IMG/VR virus record: IMGVR_UViG_3300032235_000911
Span: 31,645-95,644 of that record
DNA: 64,000 bases
Direction: 5' to 3' (one strand)
Origin: a virus
Part shown: piece by piece, positions 30,928 to 41,659 of the stretch
How the letters are laid out: each line of letters starts with the position of its first letter
Numbering within the stretch: position 1 is the first letter of the stretch
The notes under the pieces: model-generated
Database searches by the model: none
What the model was told of the DNA's origin: nothing
The model's input: only the letters and a program-made list of their open reading frames with translations
Position numbers and translations under genes: made by a program

Positions 30928-31881
30928 TTAACATATTAACTCCAATATTTTTTCAACAGCAAAGCTTGTAGTATAATAATTTAACACAAACTGTTTGGCC
31001 TTTTCAACTTTATCTTCGTCTCTGTCAAAGTGATATATTAGTTTCATTAATTCTTGTCTTGTTGTATAAGTTTGCCCATAATTTTTCATTTCTTTTGCGC
31101 CAGCAATCTCTCTAGAAATCCAGGGAGTCTTATTTAAGACTGCTTCTAATAGAACAAGACCAAAGCCTTCATGAGTAGAATTCATTATATATAAATCAGC
31201 TTCAAAAATAGCATTTAATACCTCTTGACGATCTTCTAATAAAATTGAACGAATTTTATTTGTATTTTTTGGCATCAAATCAGAATTTTGATATCCCGTT
31301 AAAACAAGCGTTGTATCCTTAATAGGTACTCGTAAATATAGTTCACATAATTCTTCCATACCTTTATGTGGCCAAAAACCACCAGAGCTAAGAAACATTT
31401 TAGGAGTATTAATACCGTATTTTTTTTTAAATCCAGATACTCCTACCGATATTTTTGGATTTATAGATATTGGTATATGTTTAGCTTTATTATATACATT
31501 ATATTTTTCAACATGTTTCCAGTCTGCTTCAGTACAACATCCAATATATTTAACATCATGTAGAGCTTTAATGCAGACATCTGAATCAGAAGGTAGAATT
31601 ATTAAATATAATATTGGACTTTTTATATTTTTAGCATTTGACAGAACAAAATTTTGAATAGCTACATCGCCACCATGAACTACGATTAAATCAAAAGATT
31701 CTTTTAAAATTGACACATCTGAGGTAACTTTTACACTATTTAAGTTACCATTATGTAAGCCAGTAAAAACAGTTACATCGTTGCCTTGCGCTACTGTTTC
31801 TTCTGCTAAATCTCTAATATGATTTTCGCTACCGCCAGGATAAGGTGCATATCGATGCACAACATATAATATTTTCTTCAT
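30928..31881 (-). CDS. glycosyltransferase family 4 (GT-B)
   Basis: YAPYPGGSE, HKGME, EGFGLVLLEA. Confidence 0.9.
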   Translation of the reverse strand: MKKILYVVHRYAPYPGGSENHIRDLAEETVAQGNDVTVFTGLHNGNLNSVKVTSDVSILKESFDLIVVHGGDVAIQNFVLSNAKNIKSPILYLIILPSDSDVCIKALHDVKYIGCCTEADWKHVEKYNVYNKAKHIPISINPKISVGVSGFKKKYGINTPKMFLSSGGFWPHKGMEELCELYLRVPIKDTTLVLTGYQNSDLMPKNTNKIRSILLEDRQEVLNAIFEADLYIMNSTHEGFGLVLLEAVLNKTPWISREIAGAKEMKNYGQTYTTRQELMKLIYHFDRDEDKVEKAKQFVLNYYTTSFAVEKILELIC

Positions 31882-31882
31882 A

Positions 31883-32692
31883 TTATTTTTCTAAATTATT
31901 TTTTAAAATAGGAACTCTATTATACTGATGAACTATGAAAAATTCATCAGTATTTTGATTTAAAACTCTATCTGATATTATTTTTGGTTGTGGCTCTAAA
32001 ATATATTTAGAAAAATTAAATGGCGAAACTTCCATTTTTGTTGGATCTAATGTTGTACCGCACTGGCAGCACCAACCTGATGCGAAATCAGCAAAAAAAA
32101 CCTCTTCTTTATAAGCAGTTTGTATCAAGAAGTTAAATGCAGCCTGATCCGGTGCAAAATATTTGTGTTCAACGCACATAGAAAAAATGTTCATGCATAA
32201 ATCTTGTATGCGATTTTTTTCTCCGGCAAACGAACCAGCATTATAGCTTGGTTTATCTTTTATAAAGTCAAAAAAATAACCAAAAGATTGTTTAAAATCA
32301 TTTTCTGCCCATTTTTCATCTTTATATTTTATACATTCACTACCTGCTACTATTTTTTTATCTTTTAAATTTTGTTCTAGCCAAAAAATAGGGTTTTTTT
32401 GAAAAACTATATCACCAAGATCAAGCAAGCAAACAAATTTATATTTAACTTTTTGTAATAAATTTGCATAAGACTTAAAACGCTCAACGACTATTCTTTT
32501 ATAGTTATTATTTTCTTCATGGATAAATTTAATATTATATTTTTTTAACTGATCTACTGTCTCTTGGTCAAATTTTGTATAAGTTATAACAAGGACATCG
32601 TCAATTGTGTTGACGAGTCGTAGAGAGATAATCCAATTTTTAATATTTTTCCATTGATAACCATAACATGATGTTAAAAATAAATTTTTCAT
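31883..32692 (-). CDS. GT-A-fold glycosyltransferase-like protein
   Basis: VERF, LLDLGDIVFQKNP, YNAGSFAG, DQAAFN, IVHQYNR. Confidence 0.7.
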   Translation of the reverse strand: MKNLFLTSCYGYQWKNIKNWIISLRLVNTIDDVLVITYTKFDQETVDQLKKYNIKFIHEENNNYKRIVVERFKSYANLLQKVKYKFVCLLDLGDIVFQKNPIFWLEQNLKDKKIVAGSECIKYKDEKWAENDFKQSFGYFFDFIKDKPSYNAGSFAGEKNRIQDLCMNIFSMCVEHKYFAPDQAAFNFLIQTAYKEEVFFADFASGWCCQCGTTLDPTKMEVSPFNFSKYILEPQPKIISDRVLNQNTDEFFIVHQYNRVPILKNNLEK

Positions 32693-32693
32693 T

Positions 32694-34631
32694 TTAAGGC
32701 TCTTTATCTAAATAAGAAAAATCTTTTATTTCAAATGTATTTTCAATCTCTCGTCTGAGACAAACTTTTCTACCGTCTGCTAGATTTTTTTCATAATATC
32801 TGCCGTCCAGATGCCAAACTGTGTTGTCTTCATCAAAAGATAATTTATATCCTTCTTTAATGAGTCTTTGTGAATACTCTACATCTTCGTTTATTTTTCC
32901 ATTATTTTCTGCATAATATTCGATTGACGCATCCCATTTATGTTTCTTAAAGACATCTGCGCGGAGTATCCAAAAGCAACCTGTTTGATATAGCTTTTTA
33001 TCTTCAGTGGGATGGGCGTAATCTACCATCGTATGAGGTTGGAACGTGGCGCGATCCCAATATCTATCTCCGTTTGGCAATAATATTCTATTACCTAAAA
33101 TATCCCAATCATTTTTCTTTGAAAAATTTAAAAATTTCTCTATCCAGTCATCTTCAAAAACAATATCGTCGTCTAAAAACACAATTGCATCGTACTTTGC
33201 GTTGCTTGCGCATATATTTCTTAGCTTCGCAAGAGACCCATTATCTGCTTCAATATTTGCATTTATTAAATTTACGCCACTAATATTATAGAATTGCTCT
33301 ATGCGACCAGCGATGCTAATTTCATAATTAGAAAAGTTGGAATTTTTACAAGTATTTTTAATACTATTAATAGATTTTATTGTTTTTTCTCGTTTCTTAC
33401 CATTTGTTGGAATGCAGAAACTTATTCCTTCAACATTCTTTAATGTGGCCTTGCTTGGCTTATAAAAAATATCAAGAGAGTAAAAAAAATCTTCTTGTAT
33501 TTTTTGCTTTGCAAATTTTTCCTTATTATGTGCAGCTAGTTTTTTTGCCCAGCTGTTAAATCTACCGCCGTCCTTATAGACTTCGCGCATACGGCTGCGT
33601 AAACTGCCTACAGTTGGATAGGCCCAAGCTGCTTGAGTTTCCATAACGCCAGGCCAGACATGCGAAGGATCGATCTGCTTAAGCTCAAAGTCTACCTTAG
33701 CAAATAACTTCTTATCATCTTCTCCGGTGAGGAAATCAAGATGGCCACTCCAATCAGTTGCAACTACAGGAAGACCAGCATTGACGGCTTCAAAGATAGG
33801 AAAACCAAAACCTTCGCCGTGTGTAGCGGTAACAAATGCCTTTATCTTGTTGTGGCGATAAAGACCCGCCATAGCCTCGTCAGTCATACGACCATGTACG
33901 AGGTGAACGCGGCACTTGCGTGCGCCCAGAGAGGCTAATAGGGCCGTTAAACGCGATTCTGTAGCGATCTTGTCCATGATGCTGTCGTTGGCTGTATTGG
34001 CCTTGATGACAAGACCTACATCTTCATCGCGGAACTCATCTACGAACGCTTTTATGAGGGCTTCCATGTTCTTGCGTGGTCCCCATTGGTTTACAGTAAG
34101 GAAATTATAGGCACTTGGTAGGTCCAGGGTGCTTTCTTGGGCCTGCGCTTCCTCGACGGGGAAGTGTACAACCTCAACTGGGGTTGTAACTTTAAATTGT
34201 TGGCCCTTATCGTTACCAAAAACAGTATTCATAAAGCCAGATTTACTAAATTCACTAATCGTGATAACTTTGTCCATTAAATTTGATGGCTCTAACCAAG
34301 CAGGACTGATTACATGCGTCTCAATACCGGCAGTATAGCCAATATTTATTGGTGCCATCCGCTTCCATTCATTTGGAATCGTAATCTGTAAGGCGATATC
34401 AAACTGCCCACCGGTCTGAACATGTTGCTGTGTCTTTATTTTGAGTGCATTTATCCATTTATACTGGTCATTTTCTTCAAATAGCCAACCGGTTTGACCC
34501 CAGGTTGTTAGATTTACATAGATATCATACTTCTCTGGGTGTTCCGCGAGTGCGTCAAGAGCAAATCGGCACATTTTACCATAGCCGGAAGCCGAAAGTA
34601 GTGGTCCGCTTACTAATATTTTCTTTTGCAT
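32694..34631 (-). CDS. GT4-GT2 fusion glycosyltransferase
   Basis: N-terminal SGYG..RKN..GEGFGFPIFEA (GT4); C-terminal ISFCIPT..RN..VFLDDD..ED (GT2). Confidence 0.85.
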   Translation of the reverse strand: MQKKILVSGPLLSASGYGKMCRFALDALAEHPEKYDIYVNLTTWGQTGWLFEENDQYKWINALKIKTQQHVQTGGQFDIALQITIPNEWKRMAPINIGYTAGIETHVISPAWLEPSNLMDKVITISEFSKSGFMNTVFGNDKGQQFKVTTPVEVVHFPVEEAQAQESTLDLPSAYNFLTVNQWGPRKNMEALIKAFVDEFRDEDVGLVIKANTANDSIMDKIATESRLTALLASLGARKCRVHLVHGRMTDEAMAGLYRHNKIKAFVTATHGEGFGFPIFEAVNAGLPVVATDWSGHLDFLTGEDDKKLFAKVDFELKQIDPSHVWPGVMETQAAWAYPTVGSLRSRMREVYKDGGRFNSWAKKLAAHNKEKFAKQKIQEDFFYSLDIFYKPSKATLKNVEGISFCIPTNGKKREKTIKSINSIKNTCKNSNFSNYEISIAGRIEQFYNISGVNLINANIEADNGSLAKLRNICASNAKYDAIVFLDDDIVFEDDWIEKFLNFSKKNDWDILGNRILLPNGDRYWDRATFQPHTMVDYAHPTEDKKLYQTGCFWILRADVFKKHKWDASIEYYAENNGKINEDVEYSQRLIKEGYKLSFDEDNTVWHLDGRYYEKNLADGRKVCLRREIENTFEIKDFSYLDKEP

Positions 34632-34632
34632 A

Positions 34633-35874
34633 TTAAATTTCCTTCACTGTTACACCGTTGTAACCCTTACGAGTATCCCAAGAGCCGTGTTTTTCGACAA
34701 AACGGTCAAGGATACCCCCCCAGGCTTCGGCATATTTGGTTAATGAGTACTTCTCGAGTATATGACCACGGCCAATCTTGCCCATAGCCTTGCGCTCTTC
34801 AGTGGTCTTGTTGTGCATTTGGACAAGAGCAGCGATAAATTCGTCCTTATTGACACGATCTTCGTAGATGTATGGTACTTCTTGACTACCAATGACTGCT
34901 TTTGACGCAGGCCAAACAGGAATACCGCAATAGAAGCCGTCCTTGTCCTTGACTTGCTCTTGTAAGCCACCCGTCATATTGACAATAATGGGAGTTTCGC
35001 ACGCAAGACTTTCTAATGTACCCATACCAACGCCTTCGGCATCGCTAATATTTAGGATACAATCTGCAGCGTTGTAGAAAAGTGCAAGTTGATGTTGTGA
35101 AACACGCCCATTTGAGATAGCAAACTGTTCCTTGGTTAATCCAAGACGTGTTGCAATCGCTTCTAAATCTTGACCATGAACATCTTTTGGATCAGTGTGC
35201 ATAACAAGTTGTGCTTTATCGTGTCCAACCTTGTCAAGAAACTCTTTAAACCACCAAACAATAGATCCGCTCATCTTACGACGGGCATTACGGTTGTTCC
35301 AGAAGAACAGTGTCTTGCCTGGGGTCTTTAAATGCTTCCATTCTGCTTCTGGTAGTGGCTTATAGATATCTGTATCGACTGCAAGTGGAACATAAGTTTC
35401 TTCAATCTCGGGTGCGGCTTCGCGAACGATGTCACTTGATACCTTGCTCATGGTTACAACCATATCATTTGATAGATAATATGGGCGATTAAAGAGCGGA
35501 GTTGGGAAGTTATCCCAAACGTGATAATAAAGAAATGGCACATGTGGCCGAATTTCTTGTTCGATCTGCCATAACCATGTCCAAAAACGTGGATCGGTCA
35601 TAAACCAAACAACATCTGGCTTCTCTGCATGTACGATGTCGCGAATTTGTTGTTGTGTTCCGTATCCATCAACGGGAATAACAGTTAAATCTTCACCCCA
35701 TTCCTGTGTTCGGATAGGACGATAGTCACTGTGCTTGACTGCTCCGCCAAGTTGGATAAATTTGTACTTACCAGTCTTCAACATACTCTCGATAAAGTAC
35801 TTGATGCTTGTTCCGACGCCGCTTGGGCTGAACATATGGTCACCAAGTACTAAAATTTTCTTCTTATCTGGCAT
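34633..35874 (-). CDS. glycosyltransferase family 4
   Basis: NRNARRK, AEGVGMGTLESLACETP, TGGLQEQ. Confidence 0.85.
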   Translation of the reverse strand: MPDKKKILVLGDHMFSPSGVGTSIKYFIESMLKTGKYKFIQLGGAVKHSDYRPIRTQEWGEDLTVIPVDGYGTQQQIRDIVHAEKPDVVWFMTDPRFWTWLWQIEQEIRPHVPFLYYHVWDNFPTPLFNRPYYLSNDMVVTMSKVSSDIVREAAPEIEETYVPLAVDTDIYKPLPEAEWKHLKTPGKTLFFWNNRNARRKMSGSIVWWFKEFLDKVGHDKAQLVMHTDPKDVHGQDLEAIATRLGLTKEQFAISNGRVSQHQLALFYNAADCILNISDAEGVGMGTLESLACETPIIVNMTGGLQEQVKDKDGFYCGIPVWPASKAVIGSQEVPYIYEDRVNKDEFIAALVQMHNKTTEERKAMGKIGRGHILEKYSLTKYAEAWGGILDRFVEKHGSWDTRKGYNGVTVKEI

Positions 35875-36844
35875 TATTTTGCTCCTGTTCAAGATCGGCA
35901 TTATACATAATGGTTGCCAGATCTTTAGCCTTTATTTTTGCTTCCCAGCCAAGAACCCGCTTTGCCTTGCTTGGATCACCAAGTAACAGCGGAACTTCGC
36001 TTGGGCGCATGTTACTTGCGCTTACAGAAACATAATCCATTAGATTATAGCCTGCTGCTTCGCTAACATAGTCGATAAACTGGCGAATCGTGTGAGTTTC
36101 GCCCGTCGCAAGGACATAATCATCCGCTATATCGTGGCGTAGCATGGCTTTCATGCCTTCAACATACTCTTTTGCATAACCCCAATCGCGACGGGCATCA
36201 AGATTGCCAAGCGAAAGTCCCGTTTGTAGGCCAAGCTTGATACGTGCAGCAGCCTTTGTGATCTTACGGGTTACAAACTGCTCGCCACGGCGTTCACTTT
36301 CGTGATTAAAAAGAATACCACTGCAGGCATATAGTCCATAAGCCTTGCGATAGTTGACGACAAGGTTATGTGCATATACTTTTGCTACTGCGTATGGGCT
36401 GTTTGGACTCAAAATAGTCGTTTCGCTCTGCGGAGCATTCATATTATCGCCAAACATCTCGCTTGTACTGGCCTGATAGAAGCGCGTTTGCGGAGAAAGG
36501 TTGCGGATTGCCTCAAGACAGTTTAACACACCGCTTGCATTTATCTGTGTAGTGCTTTCTGGGCTTGTAAAACTTGCTCCAACATGGCTTTGTGCTGCAA
36601 GATTATAAAATTCATCTGGCTTATAATCTTGCACTAACCTCCAAATCGAAGAAGCATCCGTTAAATCACCATTTTCAAGGGTTAGGTGCTGATCTTTCAG
36701 TAAATGTTGAATGTTTTCAAGCTTTTTATCTTCCATTGACGATCTTCGGATAAGGCCAACTACATTATGACCTTCTTTTAGAAGTGATTCGGCAAGATAA
36801 CTACCGTCCTGTCCGTTGATTCCAGTAACTATGCATGTACTCAT
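35864..36844 (-). CDS. gmd: GDP-mannose 4,6-dehydratase
   Basis: TGINGQDGSYL, YNLAAQSHV, YQASTSE, PYAVAK, LFNHES, RDWG. Confidence 0.95.
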   Translation of the reverse strand: MSTCIVTGINGQDGSYLAESLLKEGHNVVGLIRRSSMEDKKLENIQHLLKDQHLTLENGDLTDASSIWRLVQDYKPDEFYNLAAQSHVGASFTSPESTTQINASGVLNCLEAIRNLSPQTRFYQASTSEMFGDNMNAPQSETTILSPNSPYAVAKVYAHNLVVNYRKAYGLYACSGILFNHESERRGEQFVTRKITKAAARIKLGLQTGLSLGNLDARRDWGYAKEYVEGMKAMLRHDIADDYVLATGETHTIRQFIDYVSEAAGYNLMDYVSVSASNMRPSEVPLLLGDPSKAKRVLGWEAKIKAKDLATIMYNADLEQEQNNAR

Positions 36845-37602
36845 GGGCAATCCTCTGTTCCGCTAAACTCACAGTTCTTGCAGTTTAGTCTATTCTTAGG
36901 AAAAATTCCTTTGTTGATATTATGCACAGCGTTATTTAGAATTTTAAGTGCATTTTCAACTTTTTTTGGACCACTTGTGATGCGGAAGATCTCAACATTA
37001 TCCTTTTTAGCAGTGCGCTTGAGGAGCGCAAAGTGAGTTTCGATAGTCTTGAGATCAATGTTCTTGATTGAGCCAAAGAAATGCTTGTAGAGTGTAAGTT
37101 GATAGTTGGTCATTGGATCGCTTTTCTTCTGCATATCCCAACCCCAACTACAAGTCTTCCAGTCAATAACATGATACTTGCCGTCGTCAGTCTGTAGGAT
37201 AAGATCGACATAACCCTTGAACTGGAATTCTGTATCGGGAATCTGCTGTAGCAGTTCTTCTTCTGCAGAAACTACACGAAAACTGCCAAAGTATTGCTTC
37301 AATGCAGGTAATACAAGTGGCGCAAGCGAGATGCCTTGCGCATTCATTTGTTCAATTAGTTCAGTTTTTAGTTGACCATTCTCGGAAAGGATCTTGATTT
37401 CAGAATCAAACTTGTCCTTGAATGTTTCGACCTCATCGATTGATGGGTCAAGGGTTTTACGCTCGCAGGCTTCGTGGATTGCAGTACCAAAAGCAGTAAA
37501 CTCATTGCCGGTAAACTTACGCTTATCGTCAATATAGTTTAGTTTATACTTGTGTGGGCATTCCTGAAAGATCTTGAGCGCAGAGAAAGAAATATGGCGC
37601 AT
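36841..37602 (-). CDS. PD-(D/E)XK nuclease, Cas4/AddB-like
   Basis: ISFSAL..CP, FGTAIH, GYVDL..IDWKT, QLTLY, C-terminal CxxCxxxxxxC. Confidence 0.85.
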   Translation of the reverse strand: MRHISFSALKIFQECPHKYKLNYIDDKRKFTGNEFTAFGTAIHEACERKTLDPSIDEVETFKDKFDSEIKILSENGQLKTELIEQMNAQGISLAPLVLPALKQYFGSFRVVSAEEELLQQIPDTEFQFKGYVDLILQTDDGKYHVIDWKTCSWGWDMQKKSDPMTNYQLTLYKHFFGSIKNIDLKTIETHFALLKRTAKKDNVEIFRITSGPKKVENALKILNNAVHNINKGIFPKNRLNCKNCEFSGTEDCP

Positions 37603-37662
37603 GTAGTACTCCTTTTATTAGTGCATTGTAGCACGGAGTCTACCTGTTAGATAGGTCTTTCT

Positions 37663-38355
37663 TTACAGATCTCTTGTTTTTATTACCTCTGCTATCTTGC
37701 GATAGAGGGCTGGTGAAATATCACGAATGTATTGCGGACCTTCGATGAAATAATGTTCAAATCCATTAGCAAAATATTCTCGCAGTGATGTGCAACCATA
37801 TGGAGAAATAAACAAGTTACTCGTCATTACGCCAAGGTTATCATACCCTATATCAGCATTCAAGAAGTTATCAAATCGCTGATCGAACTGTGGGTTCAAG
37901 AACATTTTTTTATCAACTGGGTAGTCGTCTTTGAGCATCTGGTAAAGACTCTTGCGCTTACCAAGGAACTCAATCTGGACGCTATTATCGCCATAAATAA
38001 ACTGCCCAGCAACCTCTTCGGCTGCATGGGCAAGTTCGTGAACAAGTGTGTTAAAAAGTGCGCTATTGTCTTCGTGATTTGGTCCTACAAGTATCGAACC
38101 GCTGATATAAAGTGAGTCCACTTGGCGATCATTTAATGGCTTGAAGTTGCCGATATATATTGCGTCAACTTCTCCGAAAAGTCGTCCTGGTAAACGCTTT
38201 TCTATGCTCTTTAAGACCGTTCCAACATCAGCAGAGCCACTTAAATCACCCTCTATTTTGACTGTAATATGGCCAAAAAGTTGGTGGTCTTTTAGTTTCT
38301 CTGCTCGCCTCTTGGACTCAACGATATATGTTATCATGTTAGGAATCTTCTTCAC
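37663..38355 (-). CDS. zincin metallopeptidase-like protein
   Basis: HELAH plus downstream REYFANGFE. Confidence 0.65.
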   Translation of the reverse strand: MKKIPNMITYIVESKRRAEKLKDHQLFGHITVKIEGDLSGSADVGTVLKSIEKRLPGRLFGEVDAIYIGNFKPLNDRQVDSLYISGSILVGPNHEDNSALFNTLVHELAHAAEEVAGQFIYGDNSVQIEFLGKRKSLYQMLKDDYPVDKKMFLNPQFDQRFDNFLNADIGYDNLGVMTSNLFISPYGCTSLREYFANGFEHYFIEGPQYIRDISPALYRKIAEVIKTRDL

Positions 38356-38971
38356 TATCTAAAACTTCTTGGTAATCCCAAAAAATCTGTTCTAGTCTTG
38401 TAGACATTTCATACTTTCCATTTATAAAATCTACAAGACCAACTTTATATAAGTCAATGGTAATTTGTTCTGCGCTTTCGTGCGCTGCATTGTGTAATTG
38501 TACGGCAGTTTTTTCATTATTTCCAGTAAATAAATATAAATTTCTTATATCATTGTTTTGTTTATTTTTATCTATGTGATGTACGATTTCATCTTTTTCA
38601 AGAAATCTACCGATCTCTTTTTCCATAACTAAAATATGTTCAAAAATATAATTTCCGCCTTTTCTATCTTTTTTTCTTGGATGATCTTCATCGACAATTA
38701 TCTGTCGATAGCCTCTACCTTGATTGTATCTAACACCACCATTATTAATTTTTCTTAGAGATGTTCTTATATTTTTTTTATGTTCTTCTGAATATTTCTT
38801 ACCAGTTTGCTTCATTTTAGTTGAGCAAGATTTACAACGGTGTTTATTACTAATTGCCTCTTTTCTTACCGCACTTGAATAAGGTATCTCCCTCTCTCGT
38901 TTACAAAATTCGCACTCAACTAAAACTATCTTTTCAAACCATGTGCCTTCTTTTACTATGCTTTTAATCAT
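38339..38971 (-). CDS. HNH homing endonuclease
   Basis: EHILVME..IVHHIDKNKQNNDIRNL; N-terminal CxxC..CxxC. Confidence 0.9.
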   Translation of the reverse strand: MIKSIVKEGTWFEKIVLVECEFCKREREIPYSSAVRKEAISNKHRCKSCSTKMKQTGKKYSEEHKKNIRTSLRKINNGGVRYNQGRGYRQIIVDEDHPRKKDRKGGNYIFEHILVMEKEIGRFLEKDEIVHHIDKNKQNNDIRNLYLFTGNNEKTAVQLHNAAHESAEQITIDLYKVGLVDFINGKYEMSTRLEQIFWDYQEVLDSEEDS

Positions 38972-39021
38972 TTTTATTTCTCCCACTTCATTATATAGTG
39001 TTGAAAAAATAAAAAAGCAAC

Positions 39022-40353
39022 CTAAAGAATACTTGCGGCCAAACTTGCAACGGAACTCCGCTCGCCCTTCTGCAAAGTTATATGACCGGCTAATTCAAAG
39101 TCTTTGAACTTCTCAACGGCATAAGTTAAACCGTTTGTAGTGGCATCAACATAGGCATTATCGATCTGTTCAATATCGCCAGTTAGGATGATTTTTGTAT
39201 CTTCACCGACGCGAGTTACGATAGTTTTTAGTTCGTGCATTGAAAGATTTTGTGCTTCGTCGATAATGATAAATGCGTTGCTGATCGAGCGTCCGCGAAT
39301 GAAAGTAAGCGCTTCCATTTCGATTGTTCCCTTCTCAACAAGCATTTTTAGATGCTCTTTGTCGTCGCCCATTAGGAACTCAAGATTGTCTTGAACTGGA
39401 GCGAGCCAAGGTGTCATTTTCTCTTCAAGAGTGCCTGGTAGGAAGCCGATATCGCGGCCCATAGGCTGCACAGGACGCGATACAATGAGTTTCTTGTAGG
39501 TTGTGTCCGCAAGGATCTGTTGAAGCGCTGCAGCGATGGCTATGAGCGTTTTACCGCCGCCTGCACGACCAAGAATCGATACAATCTTGATATCTGGGTC
39601 CATGAGCATATCGAGTGCGAAGTGTTGTTCTTTGTTTTTTGCACGGATATCCCAGACACCGTCTGAGAACTCTTGAACCTTGCGTAGTGCATGGTTATAG
39701 TTCTTAAACTTAGCAAGCGCAGTCTTTTTTTCGTTAGCATTTGAAACAAGCATTACGAATTGATTTGGATATAATCTCTTATCTTTTTCGGCAATATAAA
39801 GTTTTTCACCTTGATAAAAACGGTCAATAATCGCATCGTCTACGAGGTGAGTTGTAAAGCCGGTATAGACTTCTTCAAGTTTTTCTACGACCTGGTTTGG
39901 GACATAATCTTCAGTTAGAAGACCAAGAGCATCGCACTTTACGCGAACATTAATATCTTGTGAAACAAGAATAACTTGTGGTTTTTCTTTTAGTGTTTCG
40001 TCGCTTTCTGTGATTGTTTTAACAGTAAAAGCAGTACAAATGATTTGATTATCTGGATCAGACCAGGTCAAGTTATCTGGCAATAACTCTTGTTCTGCCG
40101 AAAGAACTGTTAGTGTTCCAAGGGCTTTTCCAAGCTTGATTCCGGTGGCCAAACTACCCTTCTCGCGTAGTTCGTCAAGGATACGGATTGTTTGACGAGC
40201 GTGGGCACCAACGCCATCTTGACGCTTTTTGTGCTTGTCTACTTCCTCAAGAACCTTGAGTGGAAGTACTACGTCGTTCTTTTTATAACTGTATAGTGCA
40301 TTTGGATCGCTTAGTAGAACGTTCGTATCAAGAACGTAGATTTTTTTTGACAT
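39022..40353 (-). CDS. phoH: PhoH-family ATPase with N-terminal PIN domain
   Basis: YVLDTNVLL (PIN), GRAGGGKT (Walker A), RGRS, IIDEAQN, GDIEQID. Confidence 0.95.
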   Translation of the reverse strand: MSKKIYVLDTNVLLSDPNALYSYKKNDVVLPLKVLEEVDKHKKRQDGVGAHARQTIRILDELREKGSLATGIKLGKALGTLTVLSAEQELLPDNLTWSDPDNQIICTAFTVKTITESDETLKEKPQVILVSQDINVRVKCDALGLLTEDYVPNQVVEKLEEVYTGFTTHLVDDAIIDRFYQGEKLYIAEKDKRLYPNQFVMLVSNANEKKTALAKFKNYNHALRKVQEFSDGVWDIRAKNKEQHFALDMLMDPDIKIVSILGRAGGGKTLIAIAAALQQILADTTYKKLIVSRPVQPMGRDIGFLPGTLEEKMTPWLAPVQDNLEFLMGDDKEHLKMLVEKGTIEMEALTFIRGRSISNAFIIIDEAQNLSMHELKTIVTRVGEDTKIILTGDIEQIDNAYVDATTNGLTYAVEKFKDFELAGHITLQKGERSSVASLAASIL

Positions 40354-41659
40354 TATTTGGTTTCCCTGTGTAATCGCTAACCCTTAAACTCAATATTTTT
40401 TCTTTTATTGTATCACTAATATGGAGATTTTCTAAAGTATTTTTTAATTTTTCTGCTGTTAGGGTTGCTCCTCTAGTTACTTCCTTAACTAGGTCGTAGG
40501 CGTTTTTTACATTCTCTTTTCTTAAGAGAGTCTGGATGCCTTCCGCGACCAGTTCGGGATATTTTTCCAGATCCTTTTGAATATTTTCCTCATTTATTTG
40601 TAGTTTTTTGAGTCCATCAACTATGTTTTTGGCTGCTAAAACAACATGTCCAAAAGGTACTCCAAGATTTCTTACGACGGTTGAATCGCTTAAATCTCGT
40701 TGTAGTCTTGAGACTTGTAACTTGCTGCTCATGAAGTTAAAAATAGCGTTTGCATACTCTAAATTACCTTCTGCGTTTTCAAATTCAATAGGGTTTATCT
40801 TCTGTGGCATAGTAGAAGAACCTACTTCTTCTGGTCTTACAGATTTTTTAAAATAACCATATGAAGTGTATAACCAAATGTCTCTTGAAAAGTTAATAAG
40901 AATATTATTAATCCTTACAACTGTCGCAAAATACTCAGCAAGCCAGTCATTATTGTCGACTTGAGTTGTGATTTCTGAGCGAAAAAGACCATAACTATTA
41001 CAAAAACTTTCAGCAAATTTGTTCCAATCGTGGTCAGGGTAAGCGAGATTGTGAGCATTCATGTTACCTACTGCTCCACCAAACTTAGCCTTGAAGGCGT
41101 GTACAAAAAGTTTCTCAAACTGTTCTTGTAAACGGTAAATAAATACCTCAATTTCCTTTCTTAGAACCGTTGGAACGGCGGCTTGACCATGAGTTCTTGC
41201 GGGGATTATAACATCACAACGCTCTGAGAACTTGATCATTTCCTTCTTTAGGACATGAAATTCTTTCACGAGATAGCCATTATCAAACTCGCGAATAGTG
41301 CGCGAAGTAGCGATACTATTGATGTCCTGGCTTGTCAGGCCAAAGTGAATATATTCTTTATATTGGGGAATACCCTGCATATCAAAACTTTCACGAATAT
41401 ACAGCTCAATAGCCTTTATGTCGTGACGAGTCTTCTTCTCTAAGCCTTGGATATAAGGTGGGACTATTGTGCTTTTGATTTGTTTTACAAGCCTAATTTC
41501 TTCTTTTGTAAGACCAAGTTTTAGTTCTTCTGCAAGTGCAAGGAAGTAATCAATTTCAATTTCTGTTTTTAGTTTTAACTGCGATTCCTCACTAAAATAC
41601 TTTGTAAGTTCCCGTGTTTTTTCACGGTAACGACCGTCAAGTGGGCTGATAGTTTCCAT
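40328..41659 (-). CDS. purB: adenylosuccinate lyase
   Basis: ISPLDGRY, HFGLTSQD, RTHGQ, SSTMPQKINP fumarate-lyase signature, SRLQRDLSDS. Confidence 0.95.
   Translation of the reverse strand: METISPLDGRYREKTRELTKYFSEESQLKLKTEIEIDYFLALAEELKLGLTKEEIRLVKQIKSTIVPPYIQGLEKKTRHDIKAIELYIRESFDMQGIPQYKEYIHFGLTSQDINSIATSRTIREFDNGYLVKEFHVLKKEMIKFSERCDVIIPARTHGQAAVPTVLRKEIEVFIYRLQEQFEKLFVHAFKAKFGGAVGNMNAHNLAYPDHDWNKFAESFCNSYGLFRSEITTQVDNNDWLAEYFATVVRINNILINFSRDIWLYTSYGYFKKSVRPEEVGSSTMPQKINPIEFENAEGNLEYANAIFNFMSSKLQVSRLQRDLSDSTVVRNLGVPFGHVVLAAKNIVDGLKKLQINEENIQKDLEKYPELVAEGIQTLLRKENVKNAYDLVKEVTRGATLTAEKLKNTLENLHISDTIKEKILSLRVSDYTGKPNNVKKNLRS

Noticed and set aside
36841-37602. Cas4-like nuclease as part of a CRISPR system
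   Set aside because: No cas1/cas2 or array nearby; solo Cas4-like nucleases are common in phages.
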